The notes beneath the pieces are model-generated. The model ran no database searches. It was not told where the DNA came from and saw nothing but the letters and a program-made list of their open reading frames with translations. Both the position numbers and the translations under genes were made by a program. Positions 38,699 to 47,504 of a DNA stretch of 61,378 nt are shown here, in pieces (position 1 is the first letter of the stretch; the number at the start of each line of letters is the position of its first letter). Source of the DNA: an uncultured Anaerolineales bacterium (lineage in GTDB: Bacteria; Chloroflexota; Anaerolineae; Anaerolineales; UBA4823); assembly GCA_937968125.1 (NCBI GenBank), contig CALBUI010000075.1:1-61378 (forward strand). Direction: 5' to 3'.

Positions 38699-38813
38699 GC
38701 GTTTAGATACTCCGGTTTACAAAGATAGGCCTACATTATAAAAGCATATAGATAACTTGACAACCTTTGTGATAAGATTGGGTCTCGATTATAATCAAGG
38801 CAAGAGGACACCT

Positions 38814-39908
38814 ATGCCGCCAATTTACCCCTTTACCGCTGTTGTCGGACAAGAACGGATGAAGCGTGCTCTTGTGTTAAATGCCGTTGCGCCTCGCATA
38901 GGAGGCGTCTTGATCCGCGGTGAGCGAGGCACTGCCAAATCCACCGCCGCGCGGGCTCTCGCAGCCCTGTTACCCGATGTACAGGTGGTCGTGGAATGCC
39001 GCTTCAGCTGCGACCCGGAACGTCCTACGACATGGTGTACTGAATGCCGTGAAAGAGTCGCTCATGAGGACCCTTTACCGGTCATGAAACAGCCGACTCC
39101 TTTCATTAACTTGCCCGTGTCCGCCACTGAAGACCGGGTAGTGGGTACTCTGGACATCGAAAAAGCGATTCAAAAAGGGGAACGCCAATTTGAGCCGGGT
39201 GTTTTGGCAGCCGCTAACCGGGGGTTGCTTTACATTGACGAGGTAAACCTGTTGGACGACCACGTGGTCGATCTGCTGCTGGACTCGGCTGCCATGAGCA
39301 TGAACATTGTCGAACGTGAAGGCATTTCCTTCTCACACCCCTCCCGTTTTATTCTGGTGGGGACGATGAACCCCGAGGAAGGCGACCTGCGTCCTCAATT
39401 GCTTGATCGTTTCGCCCTTTCCGTGGAAATCCTTGGTCTCCGCGACGCTCGCGACCGAGTCTTGATCATGGAGCGCAATCTTGGTTTCGAGGCCGACCCG
39501 GACGGATTCCGAGAAGAATGGCTGGGTAAAGAAGGAGACCTTTCCCACCAAATTGAGGCCGCCCGCCAGATTCTCGACCAGGTTACCTATACCCAACGCG
39601 ATTTGCTTTCCATCGCTGCCCTGACAGCCTCCCTAAATGTCGACGGGCATAGAGCCGATCTGGTCATCCTGAAAACTGCCCGGGCGCATGCAGCTTTTGA
39701 AGGGCGCACCTCGATTAACGACCGGGATATCGCCCTGGCTGCCGAACTAGCCCTGCCCCACCGCATCAAGCGGGGTCCTTTCCAGCAGGCAGAGATCACC
39801 ATGGATGACCTGCAGGAGAAGATCGAACAATTACAGGGCGGCTCTACAACCGGTGAACCAGAGCCGGTCCCTGGTGAGACGGAAAGCGTCGAAAAAAAAA
39901 AGGTTTGA
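38814..39908 (+). CDS. BchI/ChlI-like AAA+ chelatase ATPase subunit (non-photosynthetic type with Cys-rich insert)
   Basis: IYPFTAVVGQERMKRALVLNAV, Walker A GERGTAKST, Walker B LLYIDEVNLL and the insert CRFSCDP...WCTEC. ATG at 38814 with AGAGGA upstream. Confidence 0.8.
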   Translation: MPPIYPFTAVVGQERMKRALVLNAVAPRIGGVLIRGERGTAKSTAARALAALLPDVQVVVECRFSCDPERPTTWCTECRERVAHEDPLPVMKQPTPFINLPVSATEDRVVGTLDIEKAIQKGERQFEPGVLAAANRGLLYIDEVNLLDDHVVDLLLDSAAMSMNIVEREGISFSHPSRFILVGTMNPEEGDLRPQLLDRFALSVEILGLRDARDRVLIMERNLGFEADPDGFREEWLGKEGDLSHQIEAARQILDQVTYTQRDLLSIAALTASLNVDGHRADLVILKTARAHAAFEGRTSINDRDIALAAELALPHRIKRGPFQQAEITMDDLQEKIEQLQGGSTTGEPEPVPGETESVEKKKV

Positions 39909-40852
39909 GCCAAGAGGTATTGGAAGAGGGGACTGAACAAGGTCCTCTAAGCCCGGCTCCCCAATCAGTCTTCGATTCTGGCAACGCTACCTGGTGGGAT
40001 GGCGGCGAGAAGGTCAATATCGGCCAATCCTTCACTCCCCGCAAGTTCGACTCCCCTCTCGACAAATTATCTCGTAAAAAGACCGGTCGCCGCTCGCGCT
40101 CGCATACCGAACGTAAGCGCGGTCGCTATATCCGCGCCCGCCCAGCAAAAGGCAAAGCCACCGACCTGGCCTTTGATGCCACAATTCGCGCCGCTGCCCC
40201 TTACCAGCGACAGCGCGGCGAGCAGCGCAAGCGCGTCGCCTTCGCCATTCAGCCGGATGACTTTCAGCGCAAGGTACGTGTAAAGCGCACCGCCAACCTG
40301 GTCTTATTTGTCGTAGACGCCTCCTGGTCGATGGCCGTTGCTGAACGCATGGCGGCTACCAAAGGGGCTATTCTCTCGCTGCTGACCGACGCCTACCAGC
40401 GCCGGGATAGGGTCGGGCTGGTCGTGTTCCAAAAAGATCGCGCCACGATGGTCTTACCCCCCACGAACTCTATCCATCTTGCCCGGCGGGCTCTGGCCGA
40501 CATCCCCGTCGGCGGCAAGACCCCTCTTTCTGCTGGTCTTTTCCTTGCCCACCAGACCATTGAGCGGGAAAAAGTATTCCATCCGGATGTCCTACCCTTG
40601 GTTATTTTGCTCACCGATGGCGCCGGCAACGTCTCCATGAGCGGTTTGCCGCCCCAGGAAGAAGCCCACCAGATCGCCGAACAGATCGCAGACAATGAAA
40701 TCCGCTCAGTGGTCATCAATATGGAACACTCCGCCTTCGACCAGGGTCTCGCCCAGGCCCTCGCCGAACACCTCAGCGCCCCCTGCTACACACTAAACGA
40801 GCTCAAGGCGGAGAACTTGTACCGTGCTGTCAGGGAGGAGATGAATGGCTGA
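39905..40852 (+). CDS. VWA-domain protein (BchD/ChlD C-terminal-half-like)
   Basis: MIDAS DxSxS in VVDASWSM, followed by GLVVFQKDRATMVLPPT and GGKTPLSAGL. The listed start is a TTG overlapping the upstream stop, and there is no ATG in the first ~140 codons. Confidence 0.75.
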   Translation: MSQEVLEEGTEQGPLSPAPQSVFDSGNATWWDGGEKVNIGQSFTPRKFDSPLDKLSRKKTGRRSRSHTERKRGRYIRARPAKGKATDLAFDATIRAAAPYQRQRGEQRKRVAFAIQPDDFQRKVRVKRTANLVLFVVDASWSMAVAERMAATKGAILSLLTDAYQRRDRVGLVVFQKDRATMVLPPTNSIHLARRALADIPVGGKTPLSAGLFLAHQTIEREKVFHPDVLPLVILLTDGAGNVSMSGLPPQEEAHQIAEQIADNEIRSVVINMEHSAFDQGLAQALAEHLSAPCYTLNELKAENLYRAVREEMNG

Positions 40853-40989
40853 TCATTTCCTTAATACTCCCCGATGACTGGCTTGCAGATTTTTTCAATG
40901 TGATACGGGTTTGATCTCTATTTCCCAATGTGGAAAGTTAAATCCATTAAGGGTCTTTCCTCGATTTATAAACCCCTCGACAATCCCTC

Positions 40990-42480
40990 ATGATCATCAA
41001 GTTGAAATTCGTCGCAGCATTCATCACCCTGCTACTAATCATCCTGGTGAGTGGCTGCAGCACCACTGACCAAGAGAACACTCCCACAGTAAACTCAACT
41101 GGTTCCAATCCGGAACCTACACCCACGAATCTCCCCACTGAATCTGTCGAAACCCCGCAACCCTCTCCCACACCCACTCCAATTCCTGAGATGTTGAGCA
41201 GGTACACCCTATCCGCGATTCTGGATTATGCTGCACATACCGTTCAGGTCGAAGAACAGATATCCTATGTAAACACCACCGGTTCAGAAATAAACGACCT
41301 GCTTGTGCTGGTCGAACCCAATAGTTATCCCAGCGGGTTTACCCTCAACAACCTGACCTGGGAGGATGGGACCCCCATCACCAACTTCACCTTGAATGGC
41401 CGCGAATTGAGCATCCCTCTCCCCGAGAACTTGCTCCCCGGATCCTCGGTTGGGATGGACCTTTCCTTTCAACTTAACTTGCCCAACCAGAACGCTCCTT
41501 ATGGTTACACAGAACGACAAACGAACCTTGGTGATTGGTATCCGTATCTTCCCCCGTATATACCTGGTGAAGGCTGGCTCGTCCGGGATGACGCCTTCTT
41601 TGGTGAACATTTAGCCTACGAAATGTCTGAATTCCTGGTGGATATCCAGATGGCCAACCCATTCTCAGCCAGTGGTGCAGAATTGGTGCTGGCCGCCAGT
41701 TCATCTCCCACCATGGATGGGGAAATTTACAGATTTCATCACACGCCCGCCCGTAATTTCGCCTGGACTGTCAGTGATTTGTACCAGATGCTGGAGACCC
41801 AGGTTGGAGAAGTCCAGGTCAAGGGTTATTCTTTCCCTTTCCATCCCCAGGCGGACGGACCTGCCCTGGACGAAACCGCAAAATCTTTAGCCATTTTCAA
41901 CGATCTTTTTGGACCGTATCCACATGAATCTCTCTCGGTTGTTGAAGCGGATTTTTTAGATGGCATGGAATATGATGGGCTGGTCTTTCTCAGCCATGCC
42001 TTTTACGATTTCTATACGGGTGACCCGCAAAGCAACCTGACGATCATTGCCGCGCATGAAGTCGCTCACCAGTGGTTTTACGGGCTGGTCGGCAACGATC
42101 AAGCCCTGGAACCCTGGCTGGATGAATCTTTGAGCACCTTCAGTGAGATTTACTTCTACGAGCAGGCTTATCCTGAACTGGTGGATTGGTGGTGGGAGAA
42201 TCGCATCACCTTTCACAACCCGCAGGGTTGGGTCGACAGCACGATTTATGAAGCAAGCGGATTTTACCCCTATCGGGATGCAGTTTACCTGCGCGGGGCC
42301 ATGTTCTTGGGCGATCTGCGCCAGGTGATGGGTGATGAAGCTTTCCTTGCTTTCCTGAGGGACTACCTGGAGCAATATCGCGCTCACCAGGCGACTGGGG
42401 ATGATTTTTTCAACCTGCTTTCCAGCCACACCTCCGAAGATTTGAGCGGCTTGATCGCCAATTACTTTTCCCGGCGCTAA
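40990..42480 (+). CDS. M1-family (gluzincin) metallopeptidase-like lipoprotein
   Basis: Lipobox LIILVSGC, a Pro/Thr linker, HEVAHQWFYG (HExxH) and the distal Glu in WLDESLSTF. Confidence 0.75.
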   Translation: MIIKLKFVAAFITLLLIILVSGCSTTDQENTPTVNSTGSNPEPTPTNLPTESVETPQPSPTPTPIPEMLSRYTLSAILDYAAHTVQVEEQISYVNTTGSEINDLLVLVEPNSYPSGFTLNNLTWEDGTPITNFTLNGRELSIPLPENLLPGSSVGMDLSFQLNLPNQNAPYGYTERQTNLGDWYPYLPPYIPGEGWLVRDDAFFGEHLAYEMSEFLVDIQMANPFSASGAELVLAASSSPTMDGEIYRFHHTPARNFAWTVSDLYQMLETQVGEVQVKGYSFPFHPQADGPALDETAKSLAIFNDLFGPYPHESLSVVEADFLDGMEYDGLVFLSHAFYDFYTGDPQSNLTIIAAHEVAHQWFYGLVGNDQALEPWLDESLSTFSEIYFYEQAYPELVDWWWENRITFHNPQGWVDSTIYEASGFYPYRDAVYLRGAMFLGDLRQVMGDEAFLAFLRDYLEQYRAHQATGDDFFNLLSSHTSEDLSGLIANYFSRR

Positions 42481-42515
42481 ATAGGGCAATCGACTCTCGC
42501 TACCAAACCTGTGTC

Positions 42516-44051
42516 ATGAAATTCAGATTTTCGCTCTTGTCCCTGGCTCTGCTCACTTCATTTATATCTGCTTGCACTTCTCCCCAGGTACCGATCTCAA
42601 CTCCAAGCCCACCGAACCCTTTTACTCAATCTCCTCAATCACAGACAAACACCCCAACCAGCCCTCATCCAACTGCTACTTCAACCGTCCCAGTGACGCC
42701 AACTGCTGGCCTACCGCAGCAAGCAACAGCCACTCCAGAATCTCCTGGCATTTCGCTGCCTCAATATACTCTTTCCGCAGTTCTGAATTATGCTCAACAT
42801 CACCTCTCCGTTGAAGAGCAAATAGACTACACTAATAATTCTTCCGCAGCACTTTCAGACCTCCTTCTGATCGTCGAACCATCTCGGTACCCTGGTGTAT
42901 TTCAGCTGGGCGATCTTACCTGGGGGGATGGCCAGCCGGTTACCGATTATGAAAGGGAAATTGGTCTCTTGCGGATACCCTTGGCAGAAGATTTGCAGCC
43001 TGGAGAGCAGATCAGTCTCTCCATTACCTACCAGCTAGACTTACCTTCACCCAGTCCTTCCTATTACGGTCGGCCGGTGCCTTTTGGCTATTCAAGCCGG
43101 CAGACCAACCTGGTAGATTGGTATCCCTTCATCCCTCCTTATGTTCCTGGTGAAGGTTGGCTGGCTCATAATGCAGGTCCATTTGGCGAGCACCTGGTTT
43201 ACGACTTGGGAGACTTCACGGTCGATATCCAACTGAGCGACTCAAATCCAGACCTGGTGATCGCCGCCAGCGCTCCTGCTGTCACAAATGATGGCTGGCA
43301 CCATTATGAACATAATAATGCCCGTAACTTTTCCTGGTCCGTCAGCGATCAATATGTATTAACCACGACTACCGTTGATTCAACTGTCGTGTTGGCTTAT
43401 CATTTTCCTTTTGATGATGAAGCAGGTGAGGTCGTCCTGGATACTACAGCCGAGTCTTTAGAACTTTTCAACACTCTATTTGGACCTTATCCTCGCAAGA
43501 CTCTGAGCGTAGTGGAAGCGGATTTCCTGGATGGGATGGAATATGATGGTTTGTTTTTTCTGAGCAAAGGCTTCTACAACTCGTATTCGGGAGGGACGGG
43601 CGATTATTTGATCGCCATTGCAGCCCATGAAACAGCCCATCAATGGTGGTACGGCGCACTTGGCAACGATCAGGCCCTTGAGCCCTGGCTGGATGAAGCC
43701 TTGTCAACCTACAGCGAACGCTTTTATTATGAAAACCTGCACCCAGAAGCACTAGATTGGTGGTGGACATACCGTATCTACTATTACCAGCCGCGCGGCT
43801 GGGTGGATGGCACTATCTATAATCCGGAGGGCTACTGGGCTTACCGCGATGCCATATATTTGAATGGTGCGCTTTTCATGGATGATTTGCGCAAAGAAAT
43901 GGGAGATGAGGCCTTCTTTGAATTCATTCGAGTATATGCAGCTGAACACGTTGGCCAGATCGTCACCGCTGACAACTTTTTCGACACACTGGCCTCGTTC
44001 ACCCCGTCTGATTTGTCTCCCCTTTTGGAAAACTATTTTAAAAACCGCTAA
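42516..44051 (+). CDS. M1-family metallopeptidase-like lipoprotein (tandem paralog)
   Basis: Lipobox FISAC, a Pro/Thr linker, HETAHQWWYG and WLDEALSTY. It is colinear with the upstream gene throughout. Confidence 0.75.
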   Translation: MKFRFSLLSLALLTSFISACTSPQVPISTPSPPNPFTQSPQSQTNTPTSPHPTATSTVPVTPTAGLPQQATATPESPGISLPQYTLSAVLNYAQHHLSVEEQIDYTNNSSAALSDLLLIVEPSRYPGVFQLGDLTWGDGQPVTDYEREIGLLRIPLAEDLQPGEQISLSITYQLDLPSPSPSYYGRPVPFGYSSRQTNLVDWYPFIPPYVPGEGWLAHNAGPFGEHLVYDLGDFTVDIQLSDSNPDLVIAASAPAVTNDGWHHYEHNNARNFSWSVSDQYVLTTTTVDSTVVLAYHFPFDDEAGEVVLDTTAESLELFNTLFGPYPRKTLSVVEADFLDGMEYDGLFFLSKGFYNSYSGGTGDYLIAIAAHETAHQWWYGALGNDQALEPWLDEALSTYSERFYYENLHPEALDWWWTYRIYYYQPRGWVDGTIYNPEGYWAYRDAIYLNGALFMDDLRKEMGDEAFFEFIRVYAAEHVGQIVTADNFFDTLASFTPSDLSPLLENYFKNR

Positions 44052-44177
44052 ACTGCCAATACCGTATATCTAATATCAAGTATCTAATACCTTGAACTAA
44101 TTGCGGCCTGTTTGTTTAACTCTGATCTATTTATTATCTTATTAGTTTTTTAATTAAATCGTAGTAGCAGTAGGTAT

Positions 44178-44465
44178 TGTGGATAAGTGGATAAGTGCAT
44201 TTTTACGTCACGAATCCAGAGTATTGACAAATATCCAAAGGCAACTTTGCGCCGGGAAGATGAAAATAAATCCACAACCCATATGTGGATAAACGATAAT
44301 AATCCAAAGACTGAAGAAGGTATTTTCAAAGGATTTCGCTATATGGAATGATTGAATTGGATACCCCCACATATGGGGGTAGTGGTAGAGACGTTATTTC
44401 GAACATTCGGGCGACTTTTCCCCAATTTAATCACTTTATCCACAGATTTCAACAAGTTATCCACA
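44178..44465. other. DnaA-box cluster (candidate oriC core or DnaA-regulated/titration locus)
   Basis: Perfect 9-mers: TGTGGATAA at 44178-44186 and 44284-44292; TTATCCACA at 44436-44444 and 44457-44465. Near-perfect: AGTGGATAA at 44186-44194 and AAATCCACA at 44268-44276. An AT-rich tract lies at about 44111-44160. Confidence 0.55.
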
Positions 44466-45139
44466 GAAAACTTTCAATTCCGCAAGGTGGGGCTACCCCA
44501 GGGAGTGGGGAAAGAATTATTAGAAAAGCTTGACAAGCAGGGTCTGTTAGACTCTAACCTATATTAGATATATATCAAATAAAGATGTATATCTAATAGA
44601 CGAATATCTAACAGCGATTGAGTTATCATGTTGTTTAGGAGACTGTCATGAACCAGGACTATTATGAATAGCTGTAGTTCAGCCCTCTTCGACAGGCTCA
44701 GTGCAGTGCCTGTCCCGCCAGATTTTAAGGCGGGGCTCTTGTGGGCGTTGTAGTTGATCTAAACGGGCACAAGACCCTCGCAAGACGAGGCAAGCTCTAA
44801 ACTACGGTATGTTAAAAATTTTAGTATTTATGAACACACCACATAAATGGAATTGCTTAATTCCTGCTCTCGGCGGCGAGGACGCCGCCGAGTCTGCCCA
44901 GACCAGACTTGTTCTCTTGATTGAATGCCCGTTCCAGAAAAACGCAGGCTTGAGATGACCATTCTCCTGGCTAATCAAAATTTCTCCAATATCCAATAAC
45001 CAATACCTGTCCCGGGAATGAACAGACCGGGGTCTAATATCTAATATACAATAGCCAAGAATAAATGTAACCTTTTGAGTAAAATTGCATCTCACTATTG
45101 TGAGATATTACACAAATTTGTACGGAGGCATTATTTATA

Positions 45140-45544
45140 ATGGAAATGGTGATTGATTTTCCGGGGGGCGCCCGCGTAGACGCGCATTTTGGCCCTTACA
45201 CAGTCAGCACAGACCAACCCCCTATCGGTGGCGGTGAAGGTTCGGCGCCATCCCCTTTTGAGGTATTCCTTTCATCTATAGGTACCTGCGCCGGGATTTA
45301 TGTGCTCGGTTTCTGCAAACAGCGTGGTTTGTCGTCAGAAGGTATCCGCATCGTACAGCGCGTGCACACCGATCCCCAATCCCGCATGATCGGCAAAGTT
45401 GACCTTGAGATTCAAGTCCCGGGGGATTTCCCGGAAAAATACCGCGATTCGCTGGTGCGTTCGGCTGAGCTGTGCGCGGTGAAAAAACACATCGAGCGCC
45501 CGCCACAATTTGATGTATTCACCAAAGAGGTGGCGGCCGCCTAA
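45140..45544 (+). CDS. OsmC/Ohr family protein
   Basis: GGGEGSAPSPFEVFLSSIGTCAGIYV and the second Cys in AELCAVKKHI. Confidence 0.8.
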   Translation: MEMVIDFPGGARVDAHFGPYTVSTDQPPIGGGEGSAPSPFEVFLSSIGTCAGIYVLGFCKQRGLSSEGIRIVQRVHTDPQSRMIGKVDLEIQVPGDFPEKYRDSLVRSAELCAVKKHIERPPQFDVFTKEVAAA

Positions 45545-45674
45545 TCCCAGCCCAAATTCAGTAAGTTCGATAATGAGCGATGCATAGTTTCAGTGCGTCG
45601 CTCTTCTGATTCCCGCGTGCTATAATCGACCAAAACCAGTCCAAATATTTGTCAATCTGATAAAGGAGTTTCCT

Positions 45675-46046
45675 ATGCCGAGGGTTCAACACTTTGAGAT
45701 CAGCGCGGATGATCCCGAAAAGGTCGCCGCGTTCTACGAAAATGTATTTGGCTGGAAGATCACCAAATGGGAAGGCCCGGTGGAATACTGGTTAGTCGAT
45801 ACTGGCGATGAGAGCGAGCCAGGTATCAATGGCGGCATCTCCCGCCCCGAAGGCGTCATTTCCGGCACCGTCAACACTATTGGGGTCCCCAACATCGATG
45901 AATATCTCGAGAAGGTTACTCAACACGGTGGAAAAATCTTCATGGACAAGCATCCCATCCCTGGCGTTGGGTACAACGCCTACTGCCAGGATGTGGAGGG
46001 CACACTTTTTGGCGTTCACCAGGAAGATCCTGGCGCAAGCATGTAG
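45675..46046 (+). CDS. VOC family protein
   Basis: VQHFEISADDPEKVAAFYENVFGW ... CQDVEGTLFGVHQ. An extended -10 (TGcTATAAT, 45618-45626) lies upstream. Confidence 0.75.
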   Translation: MPRVQHFEISADDPEKVAAFYENVFGWKITKWEGPVEYWLVDTGDESEPGINGGISRPEGVISGTVNTIGVPNIDEYLEKVTQHGGKIFMDKHPIPGVGYNAYCQDVEGTLFGVHQEDPGASM

Positions 46047-46072
46047 ATAATAAGCCTATTCGTTTTCCCCCA

Positions 46073-46774
46073 TCACGCCCAGAAAGCCTTCTCCAGGTCA
46101 GAAAACTCTTCCACCGGACCATCGAACTTGTTGCGCCCCAGGTCCAACACGTACACATAATCCGCGATCTTCAATGCCTGGCGTATCTCCTGGTCAACCA
46201 ATATAATCGTAAGCCCATCCCGGTCACGCAGATCAACTAGCATTTGGTAAACTTCCTGCGAAAGCAGTTTTGCCAGGCCCGCGGTAGGCTCATCCACCAG
46301 GATCAGCGTAGGGTCAGTCATCATGGTGCGTGAGAGCTCGACCATCCGCTGCTGTCCCCCAGAAAGTTCTCCAGCCTGTTGCTTCCTTTTTTCCTTCAGA
46401 ATCGGGAAGCGCTCATAATTCTCGTCAATCTTCTGCGTTAACCTCTTCTTGTCCCGCCTGAAAGTCCAGCCTCCCAATTGAATGTTCTCTTCCACAGTTA
46501 ACCAACGAAAAATACCTGTCTGCTGCGGGATGTAAGATATTCCCAGGTTAATTAGTTGGAAAGTTGGGGTACCATCTACCCGTTGGCCATCTAGATAAAT
46601 CTCCCCGGCATTGGGTTTAAGAAAACCGTAGATCGCCTTAAGCAAGGTTGATTTTCCAACCCCGTTTGCTCCCAGAACAGTCGTGAGTTTTCCGGTCTCG
46701 GCTTTGATATCGATACCCTGGAGGATATTTAAATCTTTGTAATACCCGACATAAAGATCGCGTACTTCAAGCAT
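46073..46774 (-). CDS. livF: Branched-chain-amino-acid-type ABC transporter ATP-binding protein (LivF-like)
   Basis: Walker A GANGVGKST, signature LSGGQQ and Walker B LILVDEP. The start is at MLEVRDL (ATG at 46774), overlapping the livG stop. Confidence 0.8.
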   Translation of the reverse strand: MLEVRDLYVGYYKDLNILQGIDIKAETGKLTTVLGANGVGKSTLLKAIYGFLKPNAGEIYLDGQRVDGTPTFQLINLGISYIPQQTGIFRWLTVEENIQLGGWTFRRDKKRLTQKIDENYERFPILKEKRKQQAGELSGGQQRMVELSRTMMTDPTLILVDEPTAGLAKLLSQEVYQMLVDLRDRDGLTIILVDQEIRQALKIADYVYVLDLGRNKFDGPVEEFSDLEKAFWA

Positions 46775-47504
46775 CTTCGTCCTCCTCTTCATCTTTACCC
46801 AGGTAGGCTTCGATGACCGCCGAATCGTCCTTAACTTTTGCTGGATCGCCGTCAGCGATGACTGCGCCGAAATGCAGCACCACCAGCCTTTCACTCAGGG
46901 TGAAAATAGAGTCCATGTCGTGGCTGATGAGAATAATGGCTTTCCCATCTGAATGGGCTTTGTTGATGTAACTGTAGATTGCTTCCTGGAGTTTGGGGTG
47001 TACTCCAGCAAATGGTTCATCAAGGATGATGAATTGGGGATCGAGCATCAGCAATCGGCCCAGTTCGAGCAGCTTCTGCTGCCCTCCTGAGAGCCCCCGA
47101 CCAAGTTCATTCGCCAGGTGCTCAACAGTTAAAAATTCCAGCACCTCGTAAGCCTTCTGCTCTACCTCGCGGCGGTTAGCACCTGGATGAAGCGCCAAGG
47201 CTGGAACGAGCATATTTTCCATGACAGTCATCCGCCTGAAAGCGCGTGTGACTTGAAAGGTCCTCCCCAGGCCACGTCTTGCGATTTGATATGGAGGCAT
47301 TTTGTCCACTCTTTCATTGTTGAGCCATACCTCCCCCTCGGTGGGCTTGTACACTCCATCTATAATATTAGTTAATGTCGTCTTGCCAGCACCGTTTGGC
47401 CCGATCAATCCGACGATCTCTGGCTTATCAATCGATAGAGAGACATGATTGAGCGCTTGCAGCCCCCCAAAATTCTTAACCACATCCCGGACTTCAAGGT
47501 TCAT
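46767..47504 (-). CDS. livG: Branched-chain-amino-acid-type ABC transporter ATP-binding protein (LivG-like)
   Basis: NFGGLQAL, Walker A GPNGAGKTT, signature LSGGQQ and Walker B FIILDEP. Confidence 0.8.
   Translation of the reverse strand: MNLEVRDVVKNFGGLQALNHVSLSIDKPEIVGLIGPNGAGKTTLTNIIDGVYKPTEGEVWLNNERVDKMPPYQIARRGLGRTFQVTRAFRRMTVMENMLVPALALHPGANRREVEQKAYEVLEFLTVEHLANELGRGLSGGQQKLLELGRLLMLDPQFIILDEPFAGVHPKLQEAIYSYINKAHSDGKAIILISHDMDSIFTLSERLVVLHFGAVIADGDPAKVKDDSAVIEAYLGKDEEEDEDA

Noticed and set aside
30855-40852. A PucC/BCD-family MFS transporter plus a BchI-like/BchD-like pair might indicate a photosynthesis (bacteriochlorophyll) cluster.
   Set aside because: No BchH, other bch/puf/puh genes or carotenoid genes are present. 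The three genes are separated by radA, clpC and rpsA. The BchI-like protein has the Cys-rich insert that I associate with non-photosynthetic chelatase-like ATPases.
44362-44425. A tRNA-like fragment (gggggtagtggtagagac...ttcgaac) sits next to the palindrome tacccccacatatgggggta.
   Set aside because: No complete cloverleaf can be drawn: there is no acceptor pairing, no GTTCGAATC-type T-arm and no anticodon stem. It is probably just a palindrome.
44348-44567. Two overlapping small ORFs (61 and 71 aa) lie inside the DnaA-box region.
   Set aside because: They overlap each other in different frames, span the DnaA boxes themselves, and have no SD sequence or recognisable motif. They are most likely non-coding.
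44802-45095. A 97-aa minus-strand ORF lies in the long intergenic region.
   Set aside because: It has no ribosome-binding site, an odd composition and no family resemblance, and it crosses hairpins and the ATCTAATA repeats.
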